IMG/VR virus record: IMGVR_UViG_3300045988_115954
Reading direction: 5' to 3' (one strand)
DNA: 38,940 nt
Source of the DNA: a virus
The notes under the pieces were generated by a model. It was not told the origin of the DNA. It made no database searches and saw only the letters and a list, made by a program, of their open reading frames with translations. The position numbers were made by a program, and so were the translations under genes. Below are positions 28,585-38,657 of the stretch, in pieces. The number at the start of each line of letters is the position of its first letter. The first letter of the stretch is position 1.

Positions 28585-28917
28585 TCACTTCTGTGCCTTG
28601 ATCCACCCCGCCTGCTCCATCAGCTGCACCAGTTTGTCATAACCGAACATCGCGGAGAAGGCCACCAGGAAGATGAGGGCGATCAGCGCCACGATCATCC
28701 AGCCGGTGATGGCAAAGCGGTAATAGGACCACAGGCCGAAGCCCGCCCCCACCGTCACTACCGCGGCCACCAGGAAGGCCAGCAGGTTGGTGGGGAGCAT
28801 ATCGTACAGCAGGCTCTTGAGCACCTGTACGATGATGTTGGTCACCAGGGTCAGCGCCAGCACCAGGGCCAGCAGCATGGGCAGATAGTTGGTCAGTTCA
28901 TTCATGGGTCGTTTCAT
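28585..28917 (-). CDS. Holin (3 TM, Hol44/phage_holin_5-like)
   Basis: Sequence NYLPMLLALVLALTLVTNIIVQVLKSL.... It lies next to the endolysin. The start could be ATG 28917 or 28905. Confidence 0.7.
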   Translation of the reverse strand: MKRPMNELTNYLPMLLALVLALTLVTNIIVQVLKSLLYDMLPTNLLAFLVAAVVTVGAGFGLWSYYRFAITGWMIVALIALIFLVAFSAMFGYDKLVQLMEQAGWIKAQK

Positions 28918-29242
28918 CCTTTCTGGCCTTATCGGGCCAATTATTATTCTTGCTCAGGTTCTCCACCAGTGATTTGATGGCATAAGCCAGGATCACGGCA
29001 ATGATCTCTGTGACAGCTTTCCCGGATAGCTGTTCTGCGATCTGCTCACGGCCCAGATAGGCCAGCAGATAGGAGCACCACACCCAGGCGCAGCCATTGA
29101 ACAGGCACAGCCAGACGGCGGCTTTCATGGTCTCTGTGCGGCCCCTTTTGGACCGGTGGGCGGACAGCCACCACATCCCCAGACAGAACACGCACCCCAG
29201 TGCGAAGGCCGCTACAACGGCCAGGATCATCTGCGTGCTCAT
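28898..29242 (-). CDS. Holin-like membrane protein (XhlB position)
   Basis: 114 aa with about 3 TM segments and a charged C-terminus. It sits between the XhlA-like and holin genes. Confidence 0.6.
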   Translation of the reverse strand: MSTQMILAVVAAFALGCVFCLGMWWLSAHRSKRGRTETMKAAVWLCLFNGCAWVWCSYLLAYLGREQIAEQLSGKAVTEIIAVILAYAIKSLVENLSKNNNWPDKARKDETTHE

Positions 29243-29586
29243 AGGCCGATCCTTCCTAGCAGGAAAGCAATCACTGCGGCCAATACAGCCCAGATGGCCT
29301 TATCCTTGATGGAATCCCATCTCTTCTTTGGGGCCGCTTGTTCTGCCTCCTGCCAAGCGATCAGCTTGTCCAGCTTTCCCATGATGTTATCGTACTGCTC
29401 GTTCCTGGCTGCTTCCGCTTTTTCCAGGTCTCTTATTCGGTCAAACAGCTTATTGTGGGTATCTCTTGCCTGCTCCTGCATTTTCTCCATCTGCCGCTCC
29501 AGCATGTTTGCCTTTTGGAGTCCCAGGCAGTCTCTTTGTGGGTCAATCAAGCATTTATCATCCATCAGGTAAGTATTGACCTCCAT
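29239..29586 (-). CDS. XhlA-like lysis-associated protein (coiled coil plus a C-terminal TM)
   Basis: 115 aa. The C-terminal TM is AIWAVLAAVIAFLLGRIGL. The architecture and position match PBSX XhlA. The start is uncertain. Confidence 0.55.
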   Translation of the reverse strand: MEVNTYLMDDKCLIDPQRDCLGLQKANMLERQMEKMQEQARDTHNKLFDRIRDLEKAEAARNEQYDNIMGKLDKLIAWQEAEQAAPKKRWDSIKDKAIWAVLAAVIAFLLGRIGL

Positions 29587-29609
29587 TTCGACAAAATTTT
29601 GCTCTCCTC

Positions 29610-29638
29610 TTGCGGGCCCTCTTTTGATGTGCTATAAT
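29610..29638 (+). promoter_or_regulatory. Promoter TTGCGG-17-TGcTATAAT (extended -10)
   Basis: Read directly in the intergenic gap of the late operon, on the opposite strand. Confidence 0.6.
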
Positions 29639-29644
29639 GACGCC

Positions 29645-29731
29645 ACATCCGACCAACTCTGAAAAGGTTACCCCCTTTTTTCGACAATCGGATGCGCCCC
29701 CTGTAGTTAAGCTCCTACAGGGGGATTTTTT
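29645..29731 (+). ncRNA. Candidate ~87-nt small RNA ending in an intrinsic terminator
   Basis: A 10-bp stem ccccctgtag/ctacaggggg (29697-29724) plus T6 reads as a terminator only on the plus strand. An internal 7-bp stem is catccga/tcggatg. There is no ORF. Confidence 0.5.
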
Positions 29732-30170
29732 ATACCCTTTCCCACGCCTGCGGGTAATCTGTTGGACTATGTACGGTGTTGTCCGTCAGGCATCGATATA
29801 CTACGCCGCCGTCCACGCAGCACTCCCCAGACATGTACATGCCGCTGGTTCCGTTGGGTGCCAGCCACTCCTTGGCTTTGGACGGGTCTTTGGTGTGGCA
29901 GATAGACCACAGGGCGGGCAGGTCCGCCGGCCTCTGGTCAGGCCATGTGGATGCGTTGTAGGGCTGGAGGAGCTTGTACACCTGCTCACAATCCCTCACC
30001 GGGGCCCCGATGGGCCACCCAGAGTAGTCCTTTTCCGGGTCAAAATTGGGGGCCTTGCTCTCCTCAGCGATAATGGCTGTGCCATCGAGATCGGGGGCCC
30101 GGCTTCGCAGGTCAAGGGCGTCTGCCTTGCCCTGGGCTTTCATGATGTTGTGATAATTCAGATCTTTCAT
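29730..30170 (-). CDS. Putative carbohydrate-binding protein (tandem CBM5/12-like motifs)
   Basis: Aromatic/Trp patterns YSGWPIGAPV...YKLLQPYNASTWPDQ and VDGGVVYRCLTDNTVHSPTDYPQAW. It lies in the tail-fibre module. Confidence 0.45.
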   Translation of the reverse strand: MKDLNYHNIMKAQGKADALDLRSRAPDLDGTAIIAEESKAPNFDPEKDYSGWPIGAPVRDCEQVYKLLQPYNASTWPDQRPADLPALWSICHTKDPSKAKEWLAPNGTSGMYMSGECCVDGGVVYRCLTDNTVHSPTDYPQAWERV

Positions 30171-30364
30171 GCCTCCTGCACCCCTTCCTGATATGCGGCA
30201 TCCAGCTCGTCAGTCGTGATGGAGCTCAGCTTCCCGGTGTACTCATCGCCGGTGATGGTCTGATACTCATTTTTGGTGATAACCCCTTTTCGGACAGCCA
30301 TCTTTACCATAGCCTTGCTCCACAGATTTCGATCATAGTTCTTCTTAATCGTTTCAAAGTTCAT
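30167..30364 (-). CDS. xkdX: XkdX-family protein
   Basis: 65 aa. The sequence LWSKAMVKMAVRKGVITKNEYQTITGDEY matches the XkdX signature. Confidence 0.7.
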   Translation of the reverse strand: MNFETIKKNYDRNLWSKAMVKMAVRKGVITKNEYQTITGDEYTGKLSSITTDELDAAYQEGVQEA

Positions 30365-30376
30365 GCTAGCTCCTCC

Positions 30377-30736
30377 TTACATGGTTTCATCGGACAGGCT
30401 GGACATGGCGATAAACTCCAAGGCGGCAGCTGTCCGCTCCTCTGTGCTTGGCTCCGTGCTTGGCTTGTTCATTTCGTCCTCAAAGGCTTCAATGACAGCC
30501 AGCCTGTCCTCATCCGTCTCGCAAGCGGCGAAGTCTGCGCCCTGGGTCTCGTACATCTGCACCATCTGGCCCAGAGTGCCGAAAAATCCGCCGTTAATCT
30601 CGCCCGCGGAACAAACCACAGCGATGGAAGGAAGGCCAGCCACCGGGTAACGCTCGATCCATTGCTCGGCAGTCAGAATTTCGCCAATCGGAGTGATAAT
30701 CTGGTCTTTCTTGTTCCAAATTGCATATTTACTCAT
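30377..30736 (-). CDS. Hypothetical tail-module protein
   Basis: 119 aa. Acidic C-terminus. Confidence 0.55.
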   Translation of the reverse strand: MSKYAIWNKKDQIITPIGEILTAEQWIERYPVAGLPSIAVVCSAGEINGGFFGTLGQMVQMYETQGADFAACETDEDRLAVIEAFEDEMNKPSTEPSTEERTAAALEFIAMSSLSDETM

Positions 30737-30753
30737 ATATTTTCCTCCTACAC

Positions 30754-31878
30754 CTATTCTGGTAGTACATAGGCATTTACCGCGGTATATTGATCTTGCA
30801 CTAAAAGATAGTCACCCAGTATGGTTTCCCCACAAGGATAGCTTGAACTTCCTTTCAAGGTTGCCGACCCCTCGTATGTGCCAGACAGGTTAAGCCATTC
30901 AATATATGGTCGGTTATACCCACCAACAAAAATTGCATTTGAGTCTGTCCTTGCCCCACCAATATAAGTCCCAACATGTCTGAGTTCTGCTAGTGACGCG
31001 TATTGAGTTCCGGATTCGTCATAGGCAGTAACCGTACCTACTTGCCCATTTGCTTCTGATCCACCGGCAAAAAAAACCTTATCCCCGACAGATGCTCCAC
31101 CAAATCCGTAACGGGTGCCATTTGTAAAGGCTCCAAATTTAGTTGTAGTCCCGCTTGCATTGATACGGACCACTTCTGTGGCCACGTAAGAATTTGCTGT
31201 CGCAAAAACAATACTATTTCCTACGATGTCCCCAGCTGGGTAACCATATGCCCTGTTCGCGGCTGCTGTGATTTTTGCTGTCAATGAACTTGAGACCGTC
31301 AGCAGGCTAGATGTTTCGACGATACGAAAAAACGCATTTTCCCCCAGGGTCCTTCCAAAAGATTCTGTAAAATGCAAACTCAATGGATTTGTATTGACTT
31401 TGGTCAAAGACCTGTCATAGACATCGAGGTCGTTAGATGCGCCTCTCGCTCCGTTTTGGTCATATGTTCCCCCGGGGAAAATAACATAGTTTCCAACAAC
31501 AGCTGCACCCAAATAATTTTTGGGGCGAGAAAGGTTCAAATTAGGCAATTTGGTAAAAGAACGGTCAATCACATCTATCACTCTTGTGAATGGATCTTTA
31601 CTGGCTCCACTACCTCCGCCCGCCCAAAGAGAATAATCCCCAAAAGTTATTGCGGCAGCATTTGTTCGATCCATTGGGTGGGTGGCCTGTGGAGCTGGTT
31701 CTAATTCTCCGGCTTTGGCATAAAACTCAAAAGGGACAAAACCAAAAAATTTTCTCGCTATTCCATTTATCCCGATATACCCTGTCTTTATTTTCCGCGC
31801 AACACCATTCACCCCGACGTACATCGTCTTGACTCTTCTGGCTACGCCGTCCACTCCAACATAGACACCTTTAGCCAC
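30754..31878 (-). CDS. Kelch-like beta-propeller protein with three N-terminal GV(D/N)GVAR(R/K)(V/I)K repeats (putative receptor-binding accessory)
   Basis: The sequence VGVDGVARRVKTMYVGVNGVARKIKTGYIGINGIARKF is followed by repeated GG...VDVYD.SLT-type Kelch-like units. Confidence 0.6.
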   Translation of the reverse strand: MAKGVYVGVDGVARRVKTMYVGVNGVARKIKTGYIGINGIARKFFGFVPFEFYAKAGELEPAPQATHPMDRTNAAAITFGDYSLWAGGGSGASKDPFTRVIDVIDRSFTKLPNLNLSRPKNYLGAAVVGNYVIFPGGTYDQNGARGASNDLDVYDRSLTKVNTNPLSLHFTESFGRTLGENAFFRIVETSSLLTVSSSLTAKITAAANRAYGYPAGDIVGNSIVFATANSYVATEVVRINASGTTTKFGAFTNGTRYGFGGASVGDKVFFAGGSEANGQVGTVTAYDESGTQYASLAELRHVGTYIGGARTDSNAIFVGGYNRPYIEWLNLSGTYEGSATLKGSSSYPCGETILGDYLLVQDQYTAVNAYVLPE

Positions 31879-31889
31879 CTGCGCTCACC

Positions 31890-33923
31890 TCACTCATAGA
31901 CCAGATAAATGCATCCTGTGGTCAGGCTACTGCTCCCTGCGGTCATGTCCGACGTGCCCGCATAGATCTGCCGTACCCCCTTTGTTGTGACCGAGGGCGT
32001 TAGGGTGGTCTGTCCAGTCCCGCCTTTGTTGGCCGGTATCGTGGGAAGTCTGCTGGACGAGAGCGTCCCGCTATTGATGTCACTGGCGGAGTGCGTATGA
32101 GAAGCCTTCGCAAATAATCCCTCGATTTTGCTCCAAAGAATCCGTTTTAGTTTATCCTCTTCCGCACTGTCTGTGATTACCACCGCATCCTGTCTTGCAA
32201 TAGATCCTTTCAGTTCCGCATCTACCGCAGAGGCACCATCCTTTCCCGGCTCACCCTGCGGACCCCGTATATTGCTTCCTGTTGCATCCGGCATGTCCTC
32301 TTTGCTGGCTTTCCAGGTCAGGTTACCTTCCTCATCCACGTTCGGAGTATAGTATCCACCATCTGCGCCATTCTGGCCCGTCTCTCCTTTAGCCCCCTGA
32401 TCTCCTGGATCGCCTTTTAGTCCCTGCGGCCCCGGCTCCCCTTGTGGGCCCTGTTCCCCTCTGGGACCCTCTGGCCCAATGGGCCCCTGAGCTCCAGCAG
32501 GCCCTTCAGGTCCTTGCTCTCCTTGATCTCCCTTCGGACCCCGGTCGCCCGTGTCTCCTTTTGGCCCTTTCAGTCCTTCAAGCTGCTCAGGGGTAAAATC
32601 TTCATAAGTGAACGGGTCTCCTTTGTCTCCCTTCTCGCCGGGAGGACCCTGCTCTCCTGTTGGGCCCTGGATGCCTTGCTGACCTCGCGGCCCCTCTGGG
32701 CCCACATCTCCTTTTGGACCTGTCTCCCCAGGCTCTCCTTTATCGCCTTTAGGGCCCTGCTCGCCCTGCGGACCGGCGGGGCCTGTATCGCCTTTCGGGC
32801 CGATCTCTCCTTGTTCCCCGGGCTCTCCCTTTGGTCCTTGCTCTCCCTTCGGGCCCTGCGGTCCCGCTGGCCCCTGGAGCTTGCCGATGCTCTTCCAGTT
32901 CATGAGGTCTTCCGACCAGATGTAGATCGTGTTGTCATCTTCCGAGCCCACGGCATAAGCGTCTCCGGGTTCGCCGATGGGGTGGGATGATTTCAGTTCC
33001 TCCAGCGTGTCAAAACGGTCTCTCACTACAAATGAGGTCCCGTCTATTCCGGCGGGTCCCTGTGGGCCGGGTTCTCCCTGGTCTCCTTTGGGTCCTTGCT
33101 TTCCCTGTTCGCCCTGGTCGCCTTTCGGTCCCTGGGGCCCTTCCGGTCCACGCTCTCCCGGAGGTCCCTGCTCGCCGGCTGGGCCTTGTTCTCCGGTATC
33201 TCCCTTAGGCCCTTGTAGGCCAACTGGCCCCTCTGGTCCTTGCGGTCCGGTCGGTCCCGGGTCCCCCTTTGGTCCAGCAGGTCCCTCCGGTCCCGGGTCG
33301 CCCTTCTCACCCTTTTCTCCTGCCGGTATTTTGAGCTCGCCTGATGTTTTATTCCCGATCAGTTCCACGCCGTTGATGCTGGGCCTGTTTTTGAGCTTAT
33401 TGTAATCCGTGGTCCCAACAGTCCCACCTTCCGAGGGGAGAGGGATATCAGACTCCTTGTACTCCATATCATCGGGGTCCCAGATCAGCCAGTATCCATT
33501 CTCGCCGGGCCGGGGCGGATTGTTGTTGATGCTGGTGAGCCTGTCCTCCATTTGCTCAAATTCAGAGGGCAGGGGAGGGGGGAAGGCGTCTGTGGCGTTG
33601 ATGGAGTTATGCACATGGGATAGAAAAATATTGCTGTGCCGGACCTGATCTCCCAATGTCCCACGCACTTGCATCTCGTAGACCCCATCATCCGCCAGCA
33701 TGGAGGAGGTGAGGAGCGCATAGTAGACGTTATCTCTGCGGTTGAGCTGGATGATGTTTTTCTCTCCATCTTTTGCCACATCGACCTTCAGGTCCCAGCC
33801 TTCCGGCAAATCTGTGCTGATCTCCAGGGTGACGGCATTGTTGTCTCCCTCAAACCCCAACGAAAAATCTGCCGGGACACAAATGTGCCAGTCCTGCATA
33901 TAGAGCACAGCGATCACCTCCAT
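31890..33923 (-). CDS. Collagen-like tail fibre protein
   Basis: 677 aa from ATG 33923. Three long G-X-Y tracts (about nt 33317-33036, 32870-32586 and 32549-32322) are separated by globular inserts. The fibre-type C-terminus is [19 protein letters not shown]. Confidence 0.85.
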   Translation of the reverse strand: MEVIAVLYMQDWHICVPADFSLGFEGDNNAVTLEISTDLPEGWDLKVDVAKDGEKNIIQLNRRDNVYYALLTSSMLADDGVYEMQVRGTLGDQVRHSNIFLSHVHNSINATDAFPPPLPSEFEQMEDRLTSINNNPPRPGENGYWLIWDPDDMEYKESDIPLPSEGGTVGTTDYNKLKNRPSINGVELIGNKTSGELKIPAGEKGEKGDPGPEGPAGPKGDPGPTGPQGPEGPVGLQGPKGDTGEQGPAGEQGPPGERGPEGPQGPKGDQGEQGKQGPKGDQGEPGPQGPAGIDGTSFVVRDRFDTLEELKSSHPIGEPGDAYAVGSEDDNTIYIWSEDLMNWKSIGKLQGPAGPQGPKGEQGPKGEPGEQGEIGPKGDTGPAGPQGEQGPKGDKGEPGETGPKGDVGPEGPRGQQGIQGPTGEQGPPGEKGDKGDPFTYEDFTPEQLEGLKGPKGDTGDRGPKGDQGEQGPEGPAGAQGPIGPEGPRGEQGPQGEPGPQGLKGDPGDQGAKGETGQNGADGGYYTPNVDEEGNLTWKASKEDMPDATGSNIRGPQGEPGKDGASAVDAELKGSIARQDAVVITDSAEEDKLKRILWSKIEGLFAKASHTHSASDINSGTLSSSRLPTIPANKGGTGQTTLTPSVTTKGVRQIYAGTSDMTAGSSSLTTGCIYLVYE

Positions 33924-34096
33924 CAAATCTTGCCTAGTTTCGTGTCTATCTCTTCACCGCTGTATTTGAGCATGTAGTAGCCAGACGGAGCCGCGGCCAG
34001 AGCATTGACTCCCGCACTGGCGATCTGCCCCCGCAGCTGCTCCACTTCCGCCCTGAGCTGTGCCACCTGGGCATTCAGTTCGTCTATCGTTGCCAT
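33923..34096 (-). CDS. Small coiled-coil protein (57 aa)
   Basis: SD AGGAGGG. Sequence [29 protein letters not shown].... A TGATG overlap joins it to the fibre gene. Below the track cutoff. Confidence 0.45.
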   Translation of the reverse strand: MATIDELNAQVAQLRAEVEQLRGQIASAGVNALAAAPSGYYMLKYSGEEIDTKLGKI

Positions 34097-34106
34097 GTCT
34101 ACCCTC

Positions 34107-36365
34107 CTATACGATGAGCCGTCTGCCGTACTTGTCCAGCAGCATCAGGCCGTTTTTGTCCTTGAGCTGGCCGTCTTGGACCGGAGTCGTAACGCTGTAA
34201 TACAGGATGATGCAGCCATCCGCGCCAGCTCCACCTTTGCCGCCGGCTCCGCCTTTTCTAACAGCGGCACCGTGTGCGACATTGTTGATGTTGAAATCGT
34301 ATCTCTTTTGAGTCGTGATGTTATAGGCATAATACTGCACCGAGACGTTTGAGGATGCGGAGCTATCCCCTCCGGCTCCACCGCCTCCTCCAGCACCAGA
34401 ACCAGACCAACCATAAATAGATGCGTTAGCTCCATTTGCGCCATTTCCACCCGCCCCACCTGTGTTCGGGTACACTGATGCATTTACGTACCCTGAAGTG
34501 ATACTTAGACGCACACTTCCGCTTGAGGCATCGCTTCCCGGTGTCCCAGGATTGCCGCCGGAATTTCCTCCGGCCCCTCCTCCACCAGCTGCGCCAAGGG
34601 AAAAATTTGCGGTCGCGTCAATGTCCAGAGATACATTGGAAGCACGTTGTGTGTCAGAATCGCTTCTGGTTGCCGAGCCAGAAGGCTCCTGTTTCCCTCC
34701 TGACACGCCGCCAACACTTTCGCCATCAGCACCCGAACCGCCCTTTCCGCCGTCTGCTCCGCTGTCACCGCTCTTAGCGTATGTGATGCCACTTATGATG
34801 TCCGTATAGCCAGCAGAGCTCGTGCTGCCACTGTTCGATGAATAACTTCCGAAGGTAGTTGCCCCACCGAGGGCTCCATTTGAGGTGCCTTTAGACCCAC
34901 AACTGTACGAGATTCGAGAACCATTGCTGGGGCTGAAGGTCACCTCATACACCTTTCCCGGTGTTCCGGCGGCACCTCCCGCCCCTCCGTTCCCGGGCGT
35001 TCCTGCTCCTCTGTTGCTCACATTGCTGGAGTCGTTTGCTGAGGTGGTTGGGGCAGTCAGGTTGATCCTAGTTGTCTTGATCTCGTCACCCTCCCAGGTC
35101 TCGGTCGAATCTCCACCTGGGCTCCCATCAAACCCAGCACCACCCGCGCCAATCAATACAGCTCTTACTGAGGTAGTTCCTTCCAGGACGGTCCAGGTCC
35201 CGCTTCCGGTCAAAACCACATGATATTCGTAAGATTCACTCCCTTCCTGCCTGATGGGGGTAAATCCGACTAGAAGCGTGGACTGAGACTTTAGCTTGTT
35301 TGACATTGTGATTTCTTCTGTTTTGATGCATGCGCTCACATTTGTTTTGTCAAATGGGTGATACGTTGTCAGAAGCTCCCCAGGGTTTTCCAAATTATAG
35401 ACAAGGGGCGCGTCTATTGTTTCAAGGCATTTGTAGTAGTTTGCGAGTCTTTTGGCTGCGCCGGACGAATTTACAAGAGAAATAAGCGTCTGGTCTTCTA
35501 CGGAAATCACATTCTCGGTTGAAGAGTTCAATATTTTTGTTTCGATCAACCGTGTATTATGGACATATGCGGTCCCTCTTAAAGTTCCAGACCCAGCCGA
35601 AAGCTTTGCATAATTTGCGCCCCGCTCCAGGATGGAAAATCCGCTGGCCATCAAATTGTACATCGGCTCATCGAATACGATTTCCGTCCCTTGTGCGGCA
35701 GTTCCCTCAAAGAGGTCTGTTTGTTCTCCTCCTTGTACCCATTGGTGCTCGATCAGTGATACACTTGTGACCTTTCCCTCACGGACCACAGAGGCCCCCT
35801 GACCCATTCTGTTCTTTTGTGCATCTCCAGATACGCCGTCCCACAGTTCCTCTATTTTGAGTGCCCCATCAAGGTCCTCAGTTACCGTTGCTCCAAGTGC
35901 GAAAAGCACCTTCATGAAGTTGTCTCGTGCCGAACTGGCCGGAGGCTTTACATATGGGAGCCAGCCGTAAAGCTTCGAGCTTGAGAATCTTGTCTGCATC
36001 CGAAACGGAATGGGCCCACATATACTGGACAGGAGACTTTCGGCAGATGTCCCGCTGTATATTCCACCTCGGTGTACCCGTTTCAGCAGGAGCCCTATTG
36101 CGCCGGTAGCGTAAAGGTCATACTTGTTCCATGCGACCTGAGTAACGCTTTGGAGGTAAAATGTGCCTCTCTTATTGTCACGATAAAAATAGGTAACTGG
36201 ATCGTCTATCTCAAAGCTTAAAAGTGCCTTGCTCTCCGTTTCCACCGTAACAGAAAGCGTATTTGGTTCCAGCTCATCCCCCAGTAGAGATTTGGAGAGA
36301 TATACGGTCCCGGCAGCAAGCCGGTCATAGGTGGTTCCCCGATAAACTATCTTGTTTCGTGCCAT
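34107..36365 (-). CDS. Tail tip/baseplate protein with an extremely Gly-rich C-terminal half
   Basis: 752 aa. It lies downstream of the tape measure gene. The C-terminus contains GGAGGxG-type runs such as GGAGGNGANGANASIYGWSGSGAGGGGGAGG. Confidence 0.7.
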   Translation of the reverse strand: MARNKIVYRGTTYDRLAAGTVYLSKSLLGDELEPNTLSVTVETESKALLSFEIDDPVTYFYRDNKRGTFYLQSVTQVAWNKYDLYATGAIGLLLKRVHRGGIYSGTSAESLLSSICGPIPFRMQTRFSSSKLYGWLPYVKPPASSARDNFMKVLFALGATVTEDLDGALKIEELWDGVSGDAQKNRMGQGASVVREGKVTSVSLIEHQWVQGGEQTDLFEGTAAQGTEIVFDEPMYNLMASGFSILERGANYAKLSAGSGTLRGTAYVHNTRLIETKILNSSTENVISVEDQTLISLVNSSGAAKRLANYYKCLETIDAPLVYNLENPGELLTTYHPFDKTNVSACIKTEEITMSNKLKSQSTLLVGFTPIRQEGSESYEYHVVLTGSGTWTVLEGTTSVRAVLIGAGGAGFDGSPGGDSTETWEGDEIKTTRINLTAPTTSANDSSNVSNRGAGTPGNGGAGGAAGTPGKVYEVTFSPSNGSRISYSCGSKGTSNGALGGATTFGSYSSNSGSTSSAGYTDIISGITYAKSGDSGADGGKGGSGADGESVGGVSGGKQEPSGSATRSDSDTQRASNVSLDIDATANFSLGAAGGGGAGGNSGGNPGTPGSDASSGSVRLSITSGYVNASVYPNTGGAGGNGANGANASIYGWSGSGAGGGGGAGGDSSASSNVSVQYYAYNITTQKRYDFNINNVAHGAAVRKGGAGGKGGAGADGCIILYYSVTTPVQDGQLKDKNGLMLLDKYGRRLIV

Positions 36366-36373
36366 AGTCCACC

Positions 36374-36778
36374 TCAGTCCGGCTCACGCTGCGGGGCAAG
36401 GGGCTGGAATTGAACTTGGAGACCATAATAGTATCTCTTTCCATTGAACTTGCCCCGCAGCTTGTGGGCCCCGCTCACCACTTTAGCCTTGTAGGTCATA
36501 TCCGTCTGACCGTGCGGCATGGTGATCGTATGGTAGTCTACCGGTGCGCTTATCGCTTCGTAGAAGCTGTCATAATCAGACAGATACCGGGGGTCCGGTT
36601 CAATGGATAGGGTGTGGTCATAGTAGGTCCCGAGGACATCCCGGCTTTCCTCTCCGTTGAGCAGGATCATGTTATTTTCGCCATCCTCGATTCGGAACGA
36701 CTCTTCAAATGGTTCATTCGATTTCACCCGCACTTTATAGGTCACTCCATCCATGACCACCCACATAAGCTGCGCCAT
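36374..36778 (-). CDS. Small tail-module protein (distal-tail position)
   Basis: 134 aa from ATG 36778 (SD AAGGAGGAG). The longer track ORF overlaps the end of the tape measure gene. Confidence 0.6.
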   Translation of the reverse strand: MAQLMWVVMDGVTYKVRVKSNEPFEESFRIEDGENNMILLNGEESRDVLGTYYDHTLSIEPDPRYLSDYDSFYEAISAPVDYHTITMPHGQTDMTYKAKVVSGAHKLRGKFNGKRYYYGLQVQFQPLAPQREPD

Positions 36779-36788
36779 AGGCTCCTCC

Positions 36789-38648
36789 TTACTTTTGGAA
36801 TTTGACGCCGATCCGGTTGAACTCCTCCAAAATATAGGGAGTCTCCAATCTGGCAAAGGTCCGGCCATCCAGCGCCATGACCGCGGTCTTCGGCCCCCTC
36901 TGGCTGTTGAGCACACCGCTTTCCAAGATTCCCTGTGTTGCCGCCCGTTTGACTGTGGAATAGGGAGCAATGATCTCGTCCTCTTGTGTATTGTCTCCCA
37001 CTACAGCTAAAAACGGGCTGTTCTTCTTAGCTACACCACCGCTGGCAAGGTGCGGCACATCTTCGGTTGATAGGGTCAGGGACCTTCCACCAAAACCACT
37101 GCCTCGTCCAACAGAGTTTAGGGACCTATTCATTTCCTCGCTTTTCCCTGTTATGGTGGCGATGATGACCGCTAATGCAATAAGTGCTGCTGTTACGGCC
37201 AAAATTATTGGGAGAAAGGATGTCATTGCCCCCCCTGCAATACCGGTCATAATTGCAATATTTGCAATTAACCCAGCAATTGGGCTAATCGCTGCCACGA
37301 AAAGCAAAACCACTCCTATCGAAGCCTGTACGCCTTTAGGGAGGCTATTGAACCAATCAAGCAATTCCGACATTAAATCTGTAATGCTTGTGATTGCTGG
37401 CAATATTGTCTCGGCTAAGTCCGCCATTGCCTGCTGAAATCTAATAGTTGCCTCTCTATTTTCCGTAAGACTCTCATTATTTTGCTTCCATCCTTCATAT
37501 GCGCCATGCAGTGGCCCATCAACAAGGACAGAAAGCGCAAGCTGTTGCTTCTGTGTCTGATCTGTGCAGAGGGCAAGGCTTTCCGAAAAGTTTTCTGCTC
37601 CAATTCCCATTCGGTCCAGTAGTTCTGCGAACTGCCCGGTTGCGCTCCCTGTTGCAATCGTTTCCTGCAAGCTGTCAGCAAGGCTTTCGATTTTAATTGT
37701 GTCTGGGAATGTGGTGGCAGCATTCGCAAGCCCCTCCACAGCTTTTTGAAGATTGCTCTCAGTAAATCCAGACTGGAGGAGGTTGGAGACGGCCTCCACA
37801 CTGCTGTCTGTTTCACCGGATACTACATAGAGGTCTTCAAAAGCCTTTTTTGTGGCGTCCACCCCAACTCCAGCTTGACGGGCATTATTTTCTAGCATGG
37901 ACAGGGATGTTCTCAATTCTTCTGTTGCCGGAACTGTTGCCGCGGCAGCGGTCAGCACTCCGGCTGCTGCCGTTGATATTCCTCTTGTTGCTTCCTGTAC
38001 CTTCCGTGCGCCTTCAGCGATCTTCCCTGTTCCTGCACTCAGTTTTCCGGTGGTTACATTGAATTTATCGGCAGCCTCTTCAGCATCTTCGAACTCCTTT
38101 GCTGTTTCGGCCAATTCTCTCTGTAAGGCGTCATATTGACGCTGGTTCATCTTTGCGCCTGAAAATTCTGCTTCGACCTCTTTTTGCTTTTCCTTTAGGC
38201 CGTTTAGGGTTTGCGTTGTCTCGTAAATGGTTTTCCGAAAATTGTTATAGGTCTCAGTTGATATCTTCCCGGACGCAAGATCTCTGGACATCTGCTCTTG
38301 GTTTGCCTGCAAACCTTTAAGGGATGCGGATACTTCGTCAATTTCCTGTTTCAGCGGAGCGTATTTTGCCTCATACGCCTGACCACGCGCCAGCGCTTCA
38401 TCCGCACTCTTTGCGGCCTCTCTCAGTGTGTTTAATTTTTCCCCGGTCGCTTCTACGGCATTTGCAAGCAATCTCTGTTTCTGCTCCAAAAGCTCGGTGT
38501 TTCCCGGGTCCATCTTCAATGCCTTTTCGACCGCTTTTAAGTCCTTCTGGGTCTCGTTCAGCTTTTTGTTGGTCCCAGACAGAGCTTTATCCAGCTTTGT
38601 GGTATCTCCACCGATTTCAATTGTAATGCCCCGAATATTGTTGGCCAT
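36789..38648 (-). CDS. Tape measure protein
   Basis: 619 aa. It has long helical repeats and a hydrophobic central segment, and it follows the frameshifted chaperone genes. Confidence 0.9.
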   Translation of the reverse strand: MANNIRGITIEIGGDTTKLDKALSGTNKKLNETQKDLKAVEKALKMDPGNTELLEQKQRLLANAVEATGEKLNTLREAAKSADEALARGQAYEAKYAPLKQEIDEVSASLKGLQANQEQMSRDLASGKISTETYNNFRKTIYETTQTLNGLKEKQKEVEAEFSGAKMNQRQYDALQRELAETAKEFEDAEEAADKFNVTTGKLSAGTGKIAEGARKVQEATRGISTAAAGVLTAAAATVPATEELRTSLSMLENNARQAGVGVDATKKAFEDLYVVSGETDSSVEAVSNLLQSGFTESNLQKAVEGLANAATTFPDTIKIESLADSLQETIATGSATGQFAELLDRMGIGAENFSESLALCTDQTQKQQLALSVLVDGPLHGAYEGWKQNNESLTENREATIRFQQAMADLAETILPAITSITDLMSELLDWFNSLPKGVQASIGVVLLFVAAISPIAGLIANIAIMTGIAGGAMTSFLPIILAVTAALIALAVIIATITGKSEEMNRSLNSVGRGSGFGGRSLTLSTEDVPHLASGGVAKKNSPFLAVVGDNTQEDEIIAPYSTVKRAATQGILESGVLNSQRGPKTAVMALDGRTFARLETPYILEEFNRIGVKFQK

Positions 38649-38657
38649 TTGTGCCTC

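Noticed and set aside
32442-33405. Plus-strand Pro/Ser/Leu-rich ORFs opposite the collagen-like fibre gene
   Set aside because: The reverse complement of GGN-CCN-rich G-X-Y coding repeats automatically gives open frames. They have no start context.
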